Translations under genes and position numbers: made by a program
Shown: in pieces, positions 18,732-27,555 of the stretch
Position numbering within the stretch: the first letter of the stretch is position 1
Layout: each line of letters opens with the position of its first letter
Origin: Nitrososphaerota archaeon
Lineage (GTDB): Archaea > Thermoproteota > Nitrososphaeria > Nitrososphaerales > Nitrosopumilaceae
Length of the DNA stretch: 64,000 nt
Assembly (NCBI GenBank): GCA_028867755.1
Contig: JAGWFT010000001.1
Span: 676,727 to 740,726, forward strand
Reading direction: 5' to 3'
The notes under the pieces: generated by a model
The model's database searches: none
Told to the model about the DNA's origin: nothing
The model's input: only the letters and a program-made list of their open reading frames with translations

Positions 18732-19484
18732 ATGATACCATTGGAAAAAGACCTCGAAAAGTTTGACTTGGCATGTACTTACCTAAGAAATGATCAACAC
18801 ATATCAGCATACAACATGTTCATATCACTTGCCCAAAAAGAGATGAAAAATGAGACTTTCAAAGCAGGATTGTATCTTCTTCTTGCCTCAGAATGCAAGG
18901 CAAGACAGGGAAAGGACAACAAGGAAGAGCTTGACATGGCAGCAAACTATTATCTCAAGGTTGCAAAAAAAGACAATCTTGGTTCATCATATGCATACCA
19001 ATGTGCAGCAAGATGTTTTCTCAAGTCAGGTAAGGTAGACAAGGCGATGAAAGTGTCAGAAGAAGCAAAAAAACACATACCTGTAATTGTTGAGGAGAAG
19101 AGACCAATTGTTATCGTAGACGACAGCCCAGCAATTACACTGCGACTTAAGAGTTACCTTGAACAACTTGGATATGATGATATCAAGGCTGCAAGTGATG
19201 GAAACAGTGCCATTAAACTTGTTACAAAATTAATCAATGACTCACAAAATCCAGTCATACTGCTTGACATGCAGATGCCAAATACTACAGGGGACGAGGT
19301 TGCAAAAAAACTACTTGAGAAGAAGCCTGATCTTTCAATCATACTTATTACTGCAGATGAAAAAAGCAACCCGCGAGTGCGAAAAACGATAGGGTTTGGC
19401 TCTACTGCGTTTATTCAAAAGCCGTTTACAATGAACGAGTTAAAAAATGCACTTGATACTACAGAGCAAAATCGTATTAGGTAA
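18732..19484 (+). CDS. Response regulator: TPR-like helical N-terminus plus C-terminal receiver domain
   Basis: IVDDSP, LLDMQMP phosphoacceptor Asp, FIQKPF; start at ATG 18732 after an AT-rich TATA-like element. Confidence 0.85.
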   Translation: MIPLEKDLEKFDLACTYLRNDQHISAYNMFISLAQKEMKNETFKAGLYLLLASECKARQGKDNKEELDMAANYYLKVAKKDNLGSSYAYQCAARCFLKSGKVDKAMKVSEEAKKHIPVIVEEKRPIVIVDDSPAITLRLKSYLEQLGYDDIKAASDGNSAIKLVTKLINDSQNPVILLDMQMPNTTGDEVAKKLLEKKPDLSIILITADEKSNPRVRKTIGFGSTAFIQKPFTMNELKNALDTTEQNRIR

Positions 19485-19983
19485 GAAGTAAGAGTGACAT
19501 GTTAAGAAGGTTAATGTCTTTTACCTGAAGGCCGCTTATCCTGTAATCTGAAATCTGATCAGAGAACTTTTCAATTATTTTTGATGTTGGATTTTTCTCT
19601 GTGCTATCTAGTCTCACAACTACCAACATATTCCAGTCTCCGTCAAGTGTTGCAATAAAAAGATAGTTTGGAAAAGTCTTTGCAAACTCCTTTATTGATT
19701 CCACTTGAGTACTAATTGAACGAGTAATCTTTAGCTTCAAGAACAATACTTCAAACTCATCTGTGACAGACACTCCGCTCAAGACAGCTCTGTAACCCTT
19801 GATGATGCCGCTTTTTTCTAATCTCTCAATTCTTTTTCTAATAGTCCTGTCAGAAACATCTACTCCTGCGTTTCGAAGTTCAGAGGCAATTTCCTTAGAA
19901 GGAGTTCTGGCATTCTTGTTTAAAATTGCAATAATTTTTTGGTCTACTTCGTCTAAAGCAGACCAGTCTGAATCTTCTGACAT
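19477..19983 (-). CDS. Lrp/AsnC family transcriptional regulator
   Basis: LDEVDQKIIAILNKNAR, TIRKRIERLEKSGIIKGY. Confidence 0.9.
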   Translation of the reverse strand: MSEDSDWSALDEVDQKIIAILNKNARTPSKEIASELRNAGVDVSDRTIRKRIERLEKSGIIKGYRAVLSGVSVTDEFEVLFLKLKITRSISTQVESIKEFAKTFPNYLFIATLDGDWNMLVVVRLDSTEKNPTSKIIEKFSDQISDYRISGLQVKDINLLNMSLLLLT

Positions 19984-20024
19984 CGCTAGTATAGTGAATC
20001 CAGTGTTTTTGAATTTTATGATGG

Positions 20025-20144
20025 TCCCACGCGCAGGATTCGAACTTGCGACTCTCCGGTTTCTGTAAGCCTGATAGGCTGATGACGGTCAGCCGAGAGC
20101 CAACCACTACAGCCGGATGCTCTACCAGGCTGAGCTAGCGTGGG
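20025..20144 (-). tRNA. tRNA-Tyr(GUA) with 46-nt intron at 37/38 (20061-20106)
   Basis: C1-G72 acceptor CCCACGC/GCGTGGG, stem TCCGG/CCGGA, BHB core CUGU/ACAG; mature length 74 nt. Confidence 0.95.
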
Positions 20145-20238
20145 ACATCGATTTTCATCCAGTTCGTTCGTATTAAATAATTATCGCTAGGAAAAACAGT
20201 TGCATATTTCCCAAAATTTGAAACAGATCTAGGAAATT

Positions 20239-20898
20239 TTGGGCTTGACCAAACTACATATAAGAAAGCAGATTGATCCCGATCACGTGTCTGGTTCCGA
20301 GGTTATAGAGGGAGGATATGTATGCGCACCATATTTGCACAATGAATCATCCTCAAAACTGAAAGAATCGCTTGAAAAGTCTGCTTACATTGATGACATG
20401 TATTTTGTCACTGCCACTTTTTCAGAAGATGGCAATGCATATTTTCCATCGCACACAAACACATATCTTCTTGCAAGGTTTCGAGACCCGCAACCAATAC
20501 TAAAGGAGGTTGACAAGTACAAGCAGGAAAGGCCAACTTTTGTATTCTCAAGATATGAAGAATTCTTCGAAAGGTTCAACGACCAAAAACTCAACCTTAT
20601 TTCCGTTTACTATCTTGATCACGGACACTCTGAATCTGATCTCTCAGATCTGGCAATGATAGTGGGAAAACGCAACAGGGTAAGACGCGCAGAATGTGGA
20701 AGTCTGCACATGTCATCTACTGAAGCTCCCAAGTTTACTTTTCCATATGTGGACAATCTAGTTGTCTTTGAAGTATCAAGTGGTAATACCCACCAGAGTG
20801 ACAACAAGTATTGTGAAAAGACAAGACGAGAAGTTGCACGAAAAGGAATCCGACTAACCAACTTGTTGAACCTTTCTGTCATAGAAAAAATAAAATAA
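20239..20898 (+). CDS. Conserved hypothetical protein
   Basis: 219 aa ORF co-oriented with aIF5A; no family recognised. Confidence 0.7.
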   Translation: MGLTKLHIRKQIDPDHVSGSEVIEGGYVCAPYLHNESSSKLKESLEKSAYIDDMYFVTATFSEDGNAYFPSHTNTYLLARFRDPQPILKEVDKYKQERPTFVFSRYEEFFERFNDQKLNLISVYYLDHGHSESDLSDLAMIVGKRNRVRRAECGSLHMSSTEAPKFTFPYVDNLVVFEVSSGNTHQSDNKYCEKTRREVARKGIRLTNLLNLSVIEKIK

Positions 20899-20933
20899 AA
20901 AAGTTATATACTCTGCCAAATTCTGTTTGTGTA

Positions 20934-21341
20934 ATGAGCAAGCCTTCTGAACTTGGTGCACTAAAAATTGGATCTTATATCTTGTTACCTGTTGATGCTA
21001 CAAGCCAGGAGCCATGCAAGATAGTGGAATACGATACCAGCAAACCAGGAAAGCACGGAGCTGCAAAGGCAAGAATTGTTGCAGTCGGTATATTTGACAA
21101 GAAAAAATACCCACACGTATCACCTGTGAGTGCACAGGTGCAGGTGCCGCTAATTGACAAGAGGGTAGGCTCTGTTATATCAAAAACTGAATCAGTAGTA
21201 CAGGTGATGGACTCTGAGACTTTTGAAGTCTTTGATGTGTATCAGATAGAAGAAGAAGTGGCAGACAAGGTTGCTCAGGGACAAGACGTTGAATACTGGA
21301 AAGTAATGGATAGAACTATTATAGTCCGAATCAAGAGCTAG
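20934..21341 (+). CDS. eif5a: Translation factor aIF5A
   Basis: SKPGKHGAAK hypusination loop. Confidence 0.97.
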   Translation: MSKPSELGALKIGSYILLPVDATSQEPCKIVEYDTSKPGKHGAAKARIVAVGIFDKKKYPHVSPVSAQVQVPLIDKRVGSVISKTESVVQVMDSETFEVFDVYQIEEEVADKVAQGQDVEYWKVMDRTIIVRIKS

Positions 21342-21345
21342 GTTC

Positions 21346-21419
21346 GGATGCTGATGATGACGAGAAAAGCCATCTGACGATTCATGCCATGATGAAGATT
21401 ATGAGTAATTGAAGCATCC
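21346..21419 (+). ncRNA. Box C/D guide sRNA
   Basis: Terminal stem GGATGCT/AGCATCC; C box ATGATGA 21354-21360; D' CTGA 21374-21377; C' ATGATGA 21389-21395; D TTGA 21409-21412; two 13-nt guides. Confidence 0.85.
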
Positions 21420-21472
21420 AAGGCTTTCTCTTTCTCGAATGAGTTATACGCGATGAATTGGTTATGTAATCT

Positions 21473-21586
21473 GTGAAAGGCATATGCCACGTGTGTCTTG
21501 CATCAAATGTGGAAGTTACTCTAAAGGATCATCTGTCCTTGTGTGAAAACTGCCTCAAAAAGGTAGCCGAACTAGAAAAAAATTAA
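21473..21586 (+). CDS. 37-aa CxxC...CxxC zinc-binding microprotein (not in ORF track)
   Basis: GTG start; MKGICHVCLASNVEVTLKDHLSLCENCLKKVAELEKN. Confidence 0.7.
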   Translation: MKGICHVCLASNVEVTLKDHLSLCENCLKKVAELEKN

Positions 21587-21612
21587 TTGAATGCATACAA
21601 TCAAACTGCAAA

Positions 21613-22296
21613 TTGATACTTGGATCGCTTTTCTCAGGAGGAAAAGATAGTGCATTTGCAGTCTATAAAGCAAGGTCTGAAGGCCATAACATATCATGTC
21701 TTGTTACAGTCTTTCCAAAATCTGAAGAAAGTCATCTATTGCACCATCCAAACATCAGACTGACTGCACTTCAGGCAAGAGCAATGAACATCCCACAAAT
21801 TACTATACCACTTGATTCTGATAACACCCGAGTAGAAGTCGACGAGATAAAAAATGCACTAAAGACTGCAAAGGAGAAATTTGGGATAGAGGGGGTGGTA
21901 CATGGTGGAATTCGTAGTGCATTTCAGAAAAACCACTTTGAAACAATTTGTCGTAGCTTGGACCTTAGAGTGATTGCCCCGCTCTGGAATGTAAATGAGG
22001 AAGCCTATTTGCATGAACTTGTACAATGTGGATTTGAGTTTGTCGTAACAAGTGTAACTGCACAGGGTCTTGATGATTCATGGCTTGGCAAGATCATAAC
22101 TTTACAAGATGTTGAAAAATTAATTTCAATATCGTCCAAGTTTGGATTCAATGCATCATTTGAAGGAGGGGAGGCTGAGACGTTTGTTGTTTCATGTCCT
22201 TTGTTTTCTGGGCACATCAGGATTGTAAAATCAAACAAGACATGGGATGGGTACAGAGGAAGGTTTGAAATAACCGAAGCTGTTTTGGAAGAATAA
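21613..22296 (+). CDS. dph6: Diphthine--ammonia ligase (Dph6)
   Basis: FSGGKDS PP-loop, EGGEAETFV. Confidence 0.9.
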   Translation: MILGSLFSGGKDSAFAVYKARSEGHNISCLVTVFPKSEESHLLHHPNIRLTALQARAMNIPQITIPLDSDNTRVEVDEIKNALKTAKEKFGIEGVVHGGIRSAFQKNHFETICRSLDLRVIAPLWNVNEEAYLHELVQCGFEFVVTSVTAQGLDDSWLGKIITLQDVEKLISISSKFGFNASFEGGEAETFVVSCPLFSGHIRIVKSNKTWDGYRGRFEITEAVLEE

Positions 22297-23621
22297 TGCT
22301 AGACAGCCTCAAGACTGGCCTCCGGGCTGCACTAAAAAAAATAGTCAATTCGTCTGCAATAGATGAAGCACTAATCAAGGAACTATCAAAAGACATTCAG
22401 AGAGCACTGCTACAATCTGATGTTAATGTAAAACTCGTATTTCAAATCACAAAAAATCTCGAAGAGCGCTCACTCAATGAGACTCCGCCTCCGGGACTAT
22501 CAAGAAAGGATCACATTGTAAAGATCTTGTATGATGAGCTTTCCAAACTGTTGGGCACAGAAAATGAATATGTTTTCCAGCCAGGAAAGATGAATCGTGT
22601 TCTAATGCTTGGAATACAGGGAAGTGGCAAGACTACGATAACATCGAAACTTGCAAAACATCTGACAAAGCAAGGGTACAGGGTGTGTGTTATTGGTGCA
22701 GATACATACAGGCCTGGGGCACTGACACAGCTCAAGACAATGTGTGAAAAGGCAAATGTCGAAGTATATGGAGAAGAGGGAAATAAGGACTCACCTGAGA
22801 TTGTAAAAAATGGACTGAAACATTTTGAGGGAAAGAACTTTGATATTATATTAATCGATACGGCAGGACGACATAAGGAAGAAAAGGATCTACTCGAAGA
22901 GATGACACGAATCAGCCAGGTTGCAAGTCCAGATTTGGCATTGCTTATCATTGATGGTACAATAGGCCAGCAATGCTATAATCAGGCAGAAGCATTTCAC
23001 AAGATAGTACCGGTCGGTGGTATTATCATAACAAAACTTGATTCAAGTGCAAAAGGTGGTGGAGCACTTGCTGCAGCAGCTGCTACTGGTGCTAGAATAA
23101 TGTACATAGGTACAGGTGAGCGAATTGATGACCTTGAAAAGTTTTCACCAACTAGATTTGTAGGAAGAATGCTTGGGATGGGTGATATTCAGGCTCTGCT
23201 TGACATGGCTGCAAGACTTGAGACCGAAGGAAATGAAGAGAGACTCAAGCGCATATCGCACGGCAAGATGAACATGGAAGATTTCTATTTTCAGATAGAA
23301 GAGGCAACAAAGGCGGGAGGCCTGAGAAGCATAATGGAGAACATGCCTGGAATCTCTGGGATGGTAAAAGAAGACCAGCTAGACCAACAGGAAGAACGTA
23401 TGGAAAGGTGGCGATATGTTATCCAGTCTATGACAAAAGAGGAAAAGGCAGATCCAGACTTGATAAATGCATCACGAGTAAAGCGAATTGCTAGGGGTTC
23501 TGGGTGGCCAGAACACGAGGTAAAGGAGTTACTCAAGGCTTACAAAAATTCAAAGACCATGATGAAAGCATCAAAGGGTCGCCAGATGCAGGGACTGTTG
23601 CGCAAGATGGGCCTTGGATAG
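22296..23621 (+). CDS. srp54: Signal recognition particle protein SRP54
   Basis: GIQGSGKTT, DTAGRH, TKLDSSAKGGG, Met-rich M domain. Confidence 0.97.
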   Translation: MLDSLKTGLRAALKKIVNSSAIDEALIKELSKDIQRALLQSDVNVKLVFQITKNLEERSLNETPPPGLSRKDHIVKILYDELSKLLGTENEYVFQPGKMNRVLMLGIQGSGKTTITSKLAKHLTKQGYRVCVIGADTYRPGALTQLKTMCEKANVEVYGEEGNKDSPEIVKNGLKHFEGKNFDIILIDTAGRHKEEKDLLEEMTRISQVASPDLALLIIDGTIGQQCYNQAEAFHKIVPVGGIIITKLDSSAKGGGALAAAAATGARIMYIGTGERIDDLEKFSPTRFVGRMLGMGDIQALLDMAARLETEGNEERLKRISHGKMNMEDFYFQIEEATKAGGLRSIMENMPGISGMVKEDQLDQQEERMERWRYVIQSMTKEEKADPDLINASRVKRIARGSGWPEHEVKELLKAYKNSKTMMKASKGRQMQGLLRKMGLG

Positions 23622-23756
23622 ATTCATAGTTTTGATTTATCATACAGTGTCATAGCTGTTGGCATATCTACTGGTATGGGATTTTTGATAATTACGTTGA
23701 CAAGTAAGACTCCAATAGTGTGAATATTAAATAAAAACCGTTTCTATGGAACCATC

Positions 23757-24398
23757 ATGCATAATGTTGTCAAGCTACTTGGAAAAGTAGCCCAGAGATA
23801 CTACCCAAGCAGAATGTTGTCATTTGAGCCTGCACATATCTTCAAGGTTCTCCAAGTCATACATGATAACGTAAAAGCAAGCAGATCTCTTTTAATAGAA
23901 GAAATAGGACTAGGAGAAGGCTCTGTCAAGACACTTGTAAAACATCTGAAGATGAACGAACTTATCATAACATCAAAGGCAGGTATGACACTGACAAACA
24001 AAGGAAAAACCTTGTTTTCAAAACTAGGCGAAGTTATATCTGCAGAAACCAACATTCACGAATGTTCAATCACTGTGGGCAAGTTTAATCACGCAATACT
24101 TGTCAAAGGACTTGCAAAAGACGTGGGAAGTGGAATTGAACAAAGAGACGCTGCAGTAAGAATAGGTGCGCTTGGAGCAACCACACTTGTATTTCGCGAT
24201 GACAAACTCTTCACGTCAGACAAAAGCCATGATATTCCAATTAAAGATCGAAAACTGACATCAATAATAATTGAAAAGCTAGGGCCTGAAAATGGAGACG
24301 TAGTAATTATTGCAAGTGCAGAAAATAAAAAAATTGCTGATCTGGCTGCAAAAAGGGCAGCATTAGAAACAATATCAAACCATGAAAAGCATTCTTGA
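23757..24398 (+). CDS. Winged-helix plus DUF4443-like protein
   Basis: GLGEGSVKTLVKHL HTH; GIEQRDAAVRIGALGATTL. Confidence 0.75.
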   Translation: MHNVVKLLGKVAQRYYPSRMLSFEPAHIFKVLQVIHDNVKASRSLLIEEIGLGEGSVKTLVKHLKMNELIITSKAGMTLTNKGKTLFSKLGEVISAETNIHECSITVGKFNHAILVKGLAKDVGSGIEQRDAAVRIGALGATTLVFRDDKLFTSDKSHDIPIKDRKLTSIIIEKLGPENGDVVIIASAENKKIADLAAKRAALETISNHEKHS

Positions 24399-24453
24399 TT
24401 TGTGTAACCACGATTCAATAGTGTCTAATATAGAAAATGGATTGCACAAAAGA

Positions 24454-24460
24454 TTTAAAA
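24454..24460 (+). promoter_or_regulatory. TATA box for the riboswitch-containing crcB leader
   Basis: A-rich BRE-like run followed by TTTAAAA, about 24 nt before aptamer P1. Confidence 0.55.
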
Positions 24461-24483
24461 CATTGCACTATGTAATCATGTAT

Positions 24484-24548
24484 GGCTATGACATTAGCCT
24501 TGGAATGAGTTTCCTAAACCGCTCCTGAAAGGTGCTGATAATGTCTAC
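24484..24548 (+). ncRNA. Fluoride riboswitch (crcB motif) aptamer
   Basis: P1 GGCTA/TAGCC; pseudoknot GACAT (24490-24494)/ATGTC (24541-24545); AAACCGC linker; P2; 3' TGATA..CTAC; upstream of crcB. Confidence 0.85.
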
Positions 24549-24707
24549 CTAATGAAAATTAATAGGTAGATAAATGAACAAAAAAATCAAAAACAAAAAG
24601 GGAGCGGGAAAGTATCCTAGCGTATCCACTAATACTTGCAATGATCATCTTGATGATATTATGAATTTACAGATAGTAAATTTAAGTAACAATACGCCTA
24701 GGCAGAT

Positions 24708-25097
24708 ATGAAAATGATAGAGCTTGCATTTCTTGCTGCTGGTGGGCTGGGAGGAACTTTTCTAAGATATGGTATTACAAAGTCTCCCTTACTTCTTGGC
24801 GCATTGCCTCTAAATGTATTAATTGCAAATGTTGTAGGAAGTTTCATTCTTGGTATTTTTGCTGTACTTTCACAACAGTGGAATCTTGATGAAAAGTATA
24901 CGTTATTGATGGCAATTGGATTCTGTGGAGGATTGACTACAATGTCCTCATTTGCATTAGAGTCATCCAATCTGATTGATAATAAGCAATATGTCCTTGT
25001 AGCAGTAAATGTACTAACTAATGTTGGTTTGTCATTAGGAGCAATATTTTGTGGTAAATCTCTAGTAAGCGCAATTCTAGGTGCTGAATTTAAATGA
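24708..25097 (+). CDS. crcB: Fluoride channel Fluc/CrcB
   Basis: GGLGGTFLRY, LIANVVGSFILG, GFCGGLTTMSSF signature. Confidence 0.95.
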   Translation: MKMIELAFLAAGGLGGTFLRYGITKSPLLLGALPLNVLIANVVGSFILGIFAVLSQQWNLDEKYTLLMAIGFCGGLTTMSSFALESSNLIDNKQYVLVAVNVLTNVGLSLGAIFCGKSLVSAILGAEFK

Positions 25098-25408
25098 GAA
25101 CTATGAAGATGTGGTCGCTTGTAATTAGGATAAAGAAAAATGATAATGCCAAGGGAAAACGTGTGCATGTTCTAGTGCTAGACATACTAAAGAAAGGACA
25201 AATCTCTGGTGCTACTGTGTGGACAGGAGTTGAGGGATATGGCAAGAGAGGAAAGTCTAATGTCATGATAGAAGGTTTTTCAGTTAACATGCCTATGGTA
25301 ATTGAGGTAATTGATGAATTGTCAAAACTAGAAAAGATACTTCCAGAGGTAAAGGAGTTAATTGGTGATAATGGGCTGATTACATTACATGAAGTTGGAG
25401 TAGTATGA
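25094..25408 (+). CDS. DUF190 (PII-like) protein
   Basis: GATVWTGVEGYG, MPMVIEVID; ATGA overlap with crcB. Confidence 0.88.
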   Translation: MRTMKMWSLVIRIKKNDNAKGKRVHVLVLDILKKGQISGATVWTGVEGYGKRGKSNVMIEGFSVNMPMVIEVIDELSKLEKILPEVKELIGDNGLITLHEVGVV

Positions 25409-25491
25409 CTCAAGAAACAATCCAGATTTAGATTAAAGCTTGGAATGGTACTGTAAAAAGCATTTAAAACAGTTTAACTAACCTATAGACA

Positions 25492-26172
25492 TTGAATAGT
25501 TACCAGTGCCATCAGGTCCTAGGTCTACAGGATGGTGCATCGATGAAAGAGGTAAAGGCAGCATACCGAAACTTGGCACTCAAACATCATCCGGACAAGA
25601 ATAATACGGATCAGGATGGAAAGAAATTCAAGATAATATCTGAAGCTTATCAGACTCTCCGATCTGATTATAAGAAAAACATTGGTACAAGTTCAAACCA
25701 AGAAAATTATCAGGAAAAAAACTCAAACAAAAAATATGATTTTGGCTCAAAAAGACACTCATGGGGTGCAAGAGATTCTGACAAGACCCCGCAAGAAGAC
25801 TGGACTAGATATACAAAATATGCAGAAGGTGCTTACCAAAACTTTTGGAAACAATACGAGCAGGTATTCTGGGATTATTATGAAAAAGTAAAATCTGACA
25901 CAAAGACAGATTCAGAACCAATCCAAGTAGAGCAAGAAGTTCCAATATCCGTACGGGTTGACCCAGAAAGATGTATAGCTTGTTGCAGTTGTGAGACCAT
26001 AGCTCCAAAGGTGTTTCATGTGGAAAAAAATGTACGAGTAAACCCCAAATCCAAAGTCATAAACGAAGAAGGTGCAAAATCCCAGAAGATTCTTGATGCA
26101 GCACATACATGTCCTACAAAGGCAATCAGTGTAACGCACAAAGAAACACAACAAAGACTGTATCCATACTAA
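25492..26172 (+). CDS. DnaJ-ferredoxin fusion protein
   Basis: J domain with HPD (LKHHPDKN); C-terminal CIACCSC...CP ferredoxin motif. Confidence 0.9.
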   Translation: MNSYQCHQVLGLQDGASMKEVKAAYRNLALKHHPDKNNTDQDGKKFKIISEAYQTLRSDYKKNIGTSSNQENYQEKNSNKKYDFGSKRHSWGARDSDKTPQEDWTRYTKYAEGAYQNFWKQYEQVFWDYYEKVKSDTKTDSEPIQVEQEVPISVRVDPERCIACCSCETIAPKVFHVEKNVRVNPKSKVINEEGAKSQKILDAAHTCPTKAISVTHKETQQRLYPY

Positions 26173-26243
26173 AAAGTAAGTTCCAAGGCCAAGAAACGGT
26201 CTTTCCAATTAGGAATAATATATGCCACATTTACGATAATCTA

Positions 26244-27407
26244 GTGGATAAGAAGAAACTGTCTGCTGTTATGGAAGACACTAGGGAAATTCTCAGAGAA
26301 CACCCATTATGTGATAACTGCCTTGGCAGAATGTTTGCAGGAAAACTTGGTGTAGTGTCACACAAGAGAATTGGAAGCAAAATCAGAAATATGCTAAAGC
26401 AAAGACCGCCAAAAACATGTTATATTTGCAAAAACATGATGTCAAATCTTGATTCCACTTTGAAAAAAATGATTGAGATGGCAAAAGAATACCAATTTTC
26501 TACTTTTCTAATTGGTGCAATACTACAACCATCAATTCATGACCGTGATGATGTAATTCGCTCCAAGTTCAAGCTGCGTGGAATAACAAGCATAAAAAGC
26601 GATATAACAAGAGAGATGGGAAAATCATTTTCGCGAAAGACAAGGGCAAAGGTGGATTATCAAAATCCTGATTTAGTATTCACAATTGATTTCAAAAAAG
26701 AATATTATGAAATAAAGCCAAAGGCTATACTTCTACAGGCAAGATATACAAAAAATGTTCGAGGCTTGCCACAAAAACAAAAATCATGTGACCAATGTGA
26801 AGGGAAGGGATGCTTTGTTTGCAATTTTCATGGAATACGTGAGTTTGAAAGTGTAGAAGGAAAGATAGCAAAATTTCTGATTGAAAAGTTTGGTGCACAA
26901 CAGGCAAAGGTTACTTGGATTGGAAGTGAAGATGAGTCAAGCCTTGTAACGGGAAACGGAAGGCCATTTTTTGTAAAATTGGTTAACCCGCACAAGAGGG
27001 GAATACCTCTTTCAAAAAAGATTGACTTGGAAGGAATCTCAGTTCATGGTATGCGTACCATAACAAAAATCCCCTCAGATCCTGTAAGGTTCCGTACCAA
27101 TGTTTCTATGGAAATTGAAGCAGAAAACGAAATAATGCCTGATACACTAAAAGAACTAACAAGACTCAAGGGACGACACGTGGTTCTGTACGAAAATTCC
27201 GGCCGCAAACATAAGAAAACTATCTATAGCATAAAATTCAAAATAGAATCTGACAAGTCATTTAGAATCATGATGGAATCTGATGGGGGACTTCCGCTGA
27301 AACGATTTGTTGCTGGGCAAGAGGTAGAACCAAGCATATCTGAAATACTTGAAACAAATTGTATGTGCAAGTTGTTTGATTTTAACAAAATAACTGTCAC
27401 CAAATGA
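26244..27407 (+). CDS. pus10: tRNA pseudouridine 54/55 synthase Pus10
   Basis: LCDNCLGR and CYIC Zn motifs, THUMP-like region, GSEDESSLVTGNGRPF; start probably GTG 26244 or ATG 26271. Confidence 0.85.
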   Translation: MDKKKLSAVMEDTREILREHPLCDNCLGRMFAGKLGVVSHKRIGSKIRNMLKQRPPKTCYICKNMMSNLDSTLKKMIEMAKEYQFSTFLIGAILQPSIHDRDDVIRSKFKLRGITSIKSDITREMGKSFSRKTRAKVDYQNPDLVFTIDFKKEYYEIKPKAILLQARYTKNVRGLPQKQKSCDQCEGKGCFVCNFHGIREFESVEGKIAKFLIEKFGAQQAKVTWIGSEDESSLVTGNGRPFFVKLVNPHKRGIPLSKKIDLEGISVHGMRTITKIPSDPVRFRTNVSMEIEAENEIMPDTLKELTRLKGRHVVLYENSGRKHKKTIYSIKFKIESDKSFRIMMESDGGLPLKRFVAGQEVEPSISEILETNCMCKLFDFNKITVTK

Positions 27408-27555
27408 ATTCTTGGTAAATTTTACTCAACTGTTTTCTTCTTCCTAGTACGATCTTGATATAATTGTATTAACACAGGAAAGGTCAATTTTCAAGTTTGA
27501 TGAGTCACGATTCAAAAAAATAACATTCAAGTAAACGATTACAAAACTATCCATA

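Noticed and set aside
18620-20025. Integrated element at tRNA-Tyr
   Set aside because: No duplicated tRNA 3' end and no integrase seen
19799-20107. Track ORFs across tRNA-Tyr
   Set aside because: Shadow ORFs over the tRNA and the Lrp gene
23622-23723. In-frame hydrophobic extension after the srp54 TAG (possible read-through)
   Set aside because: SRP54 ends at its normal C-terminus and there is no sign of pyrrolysine machinery; likely chance
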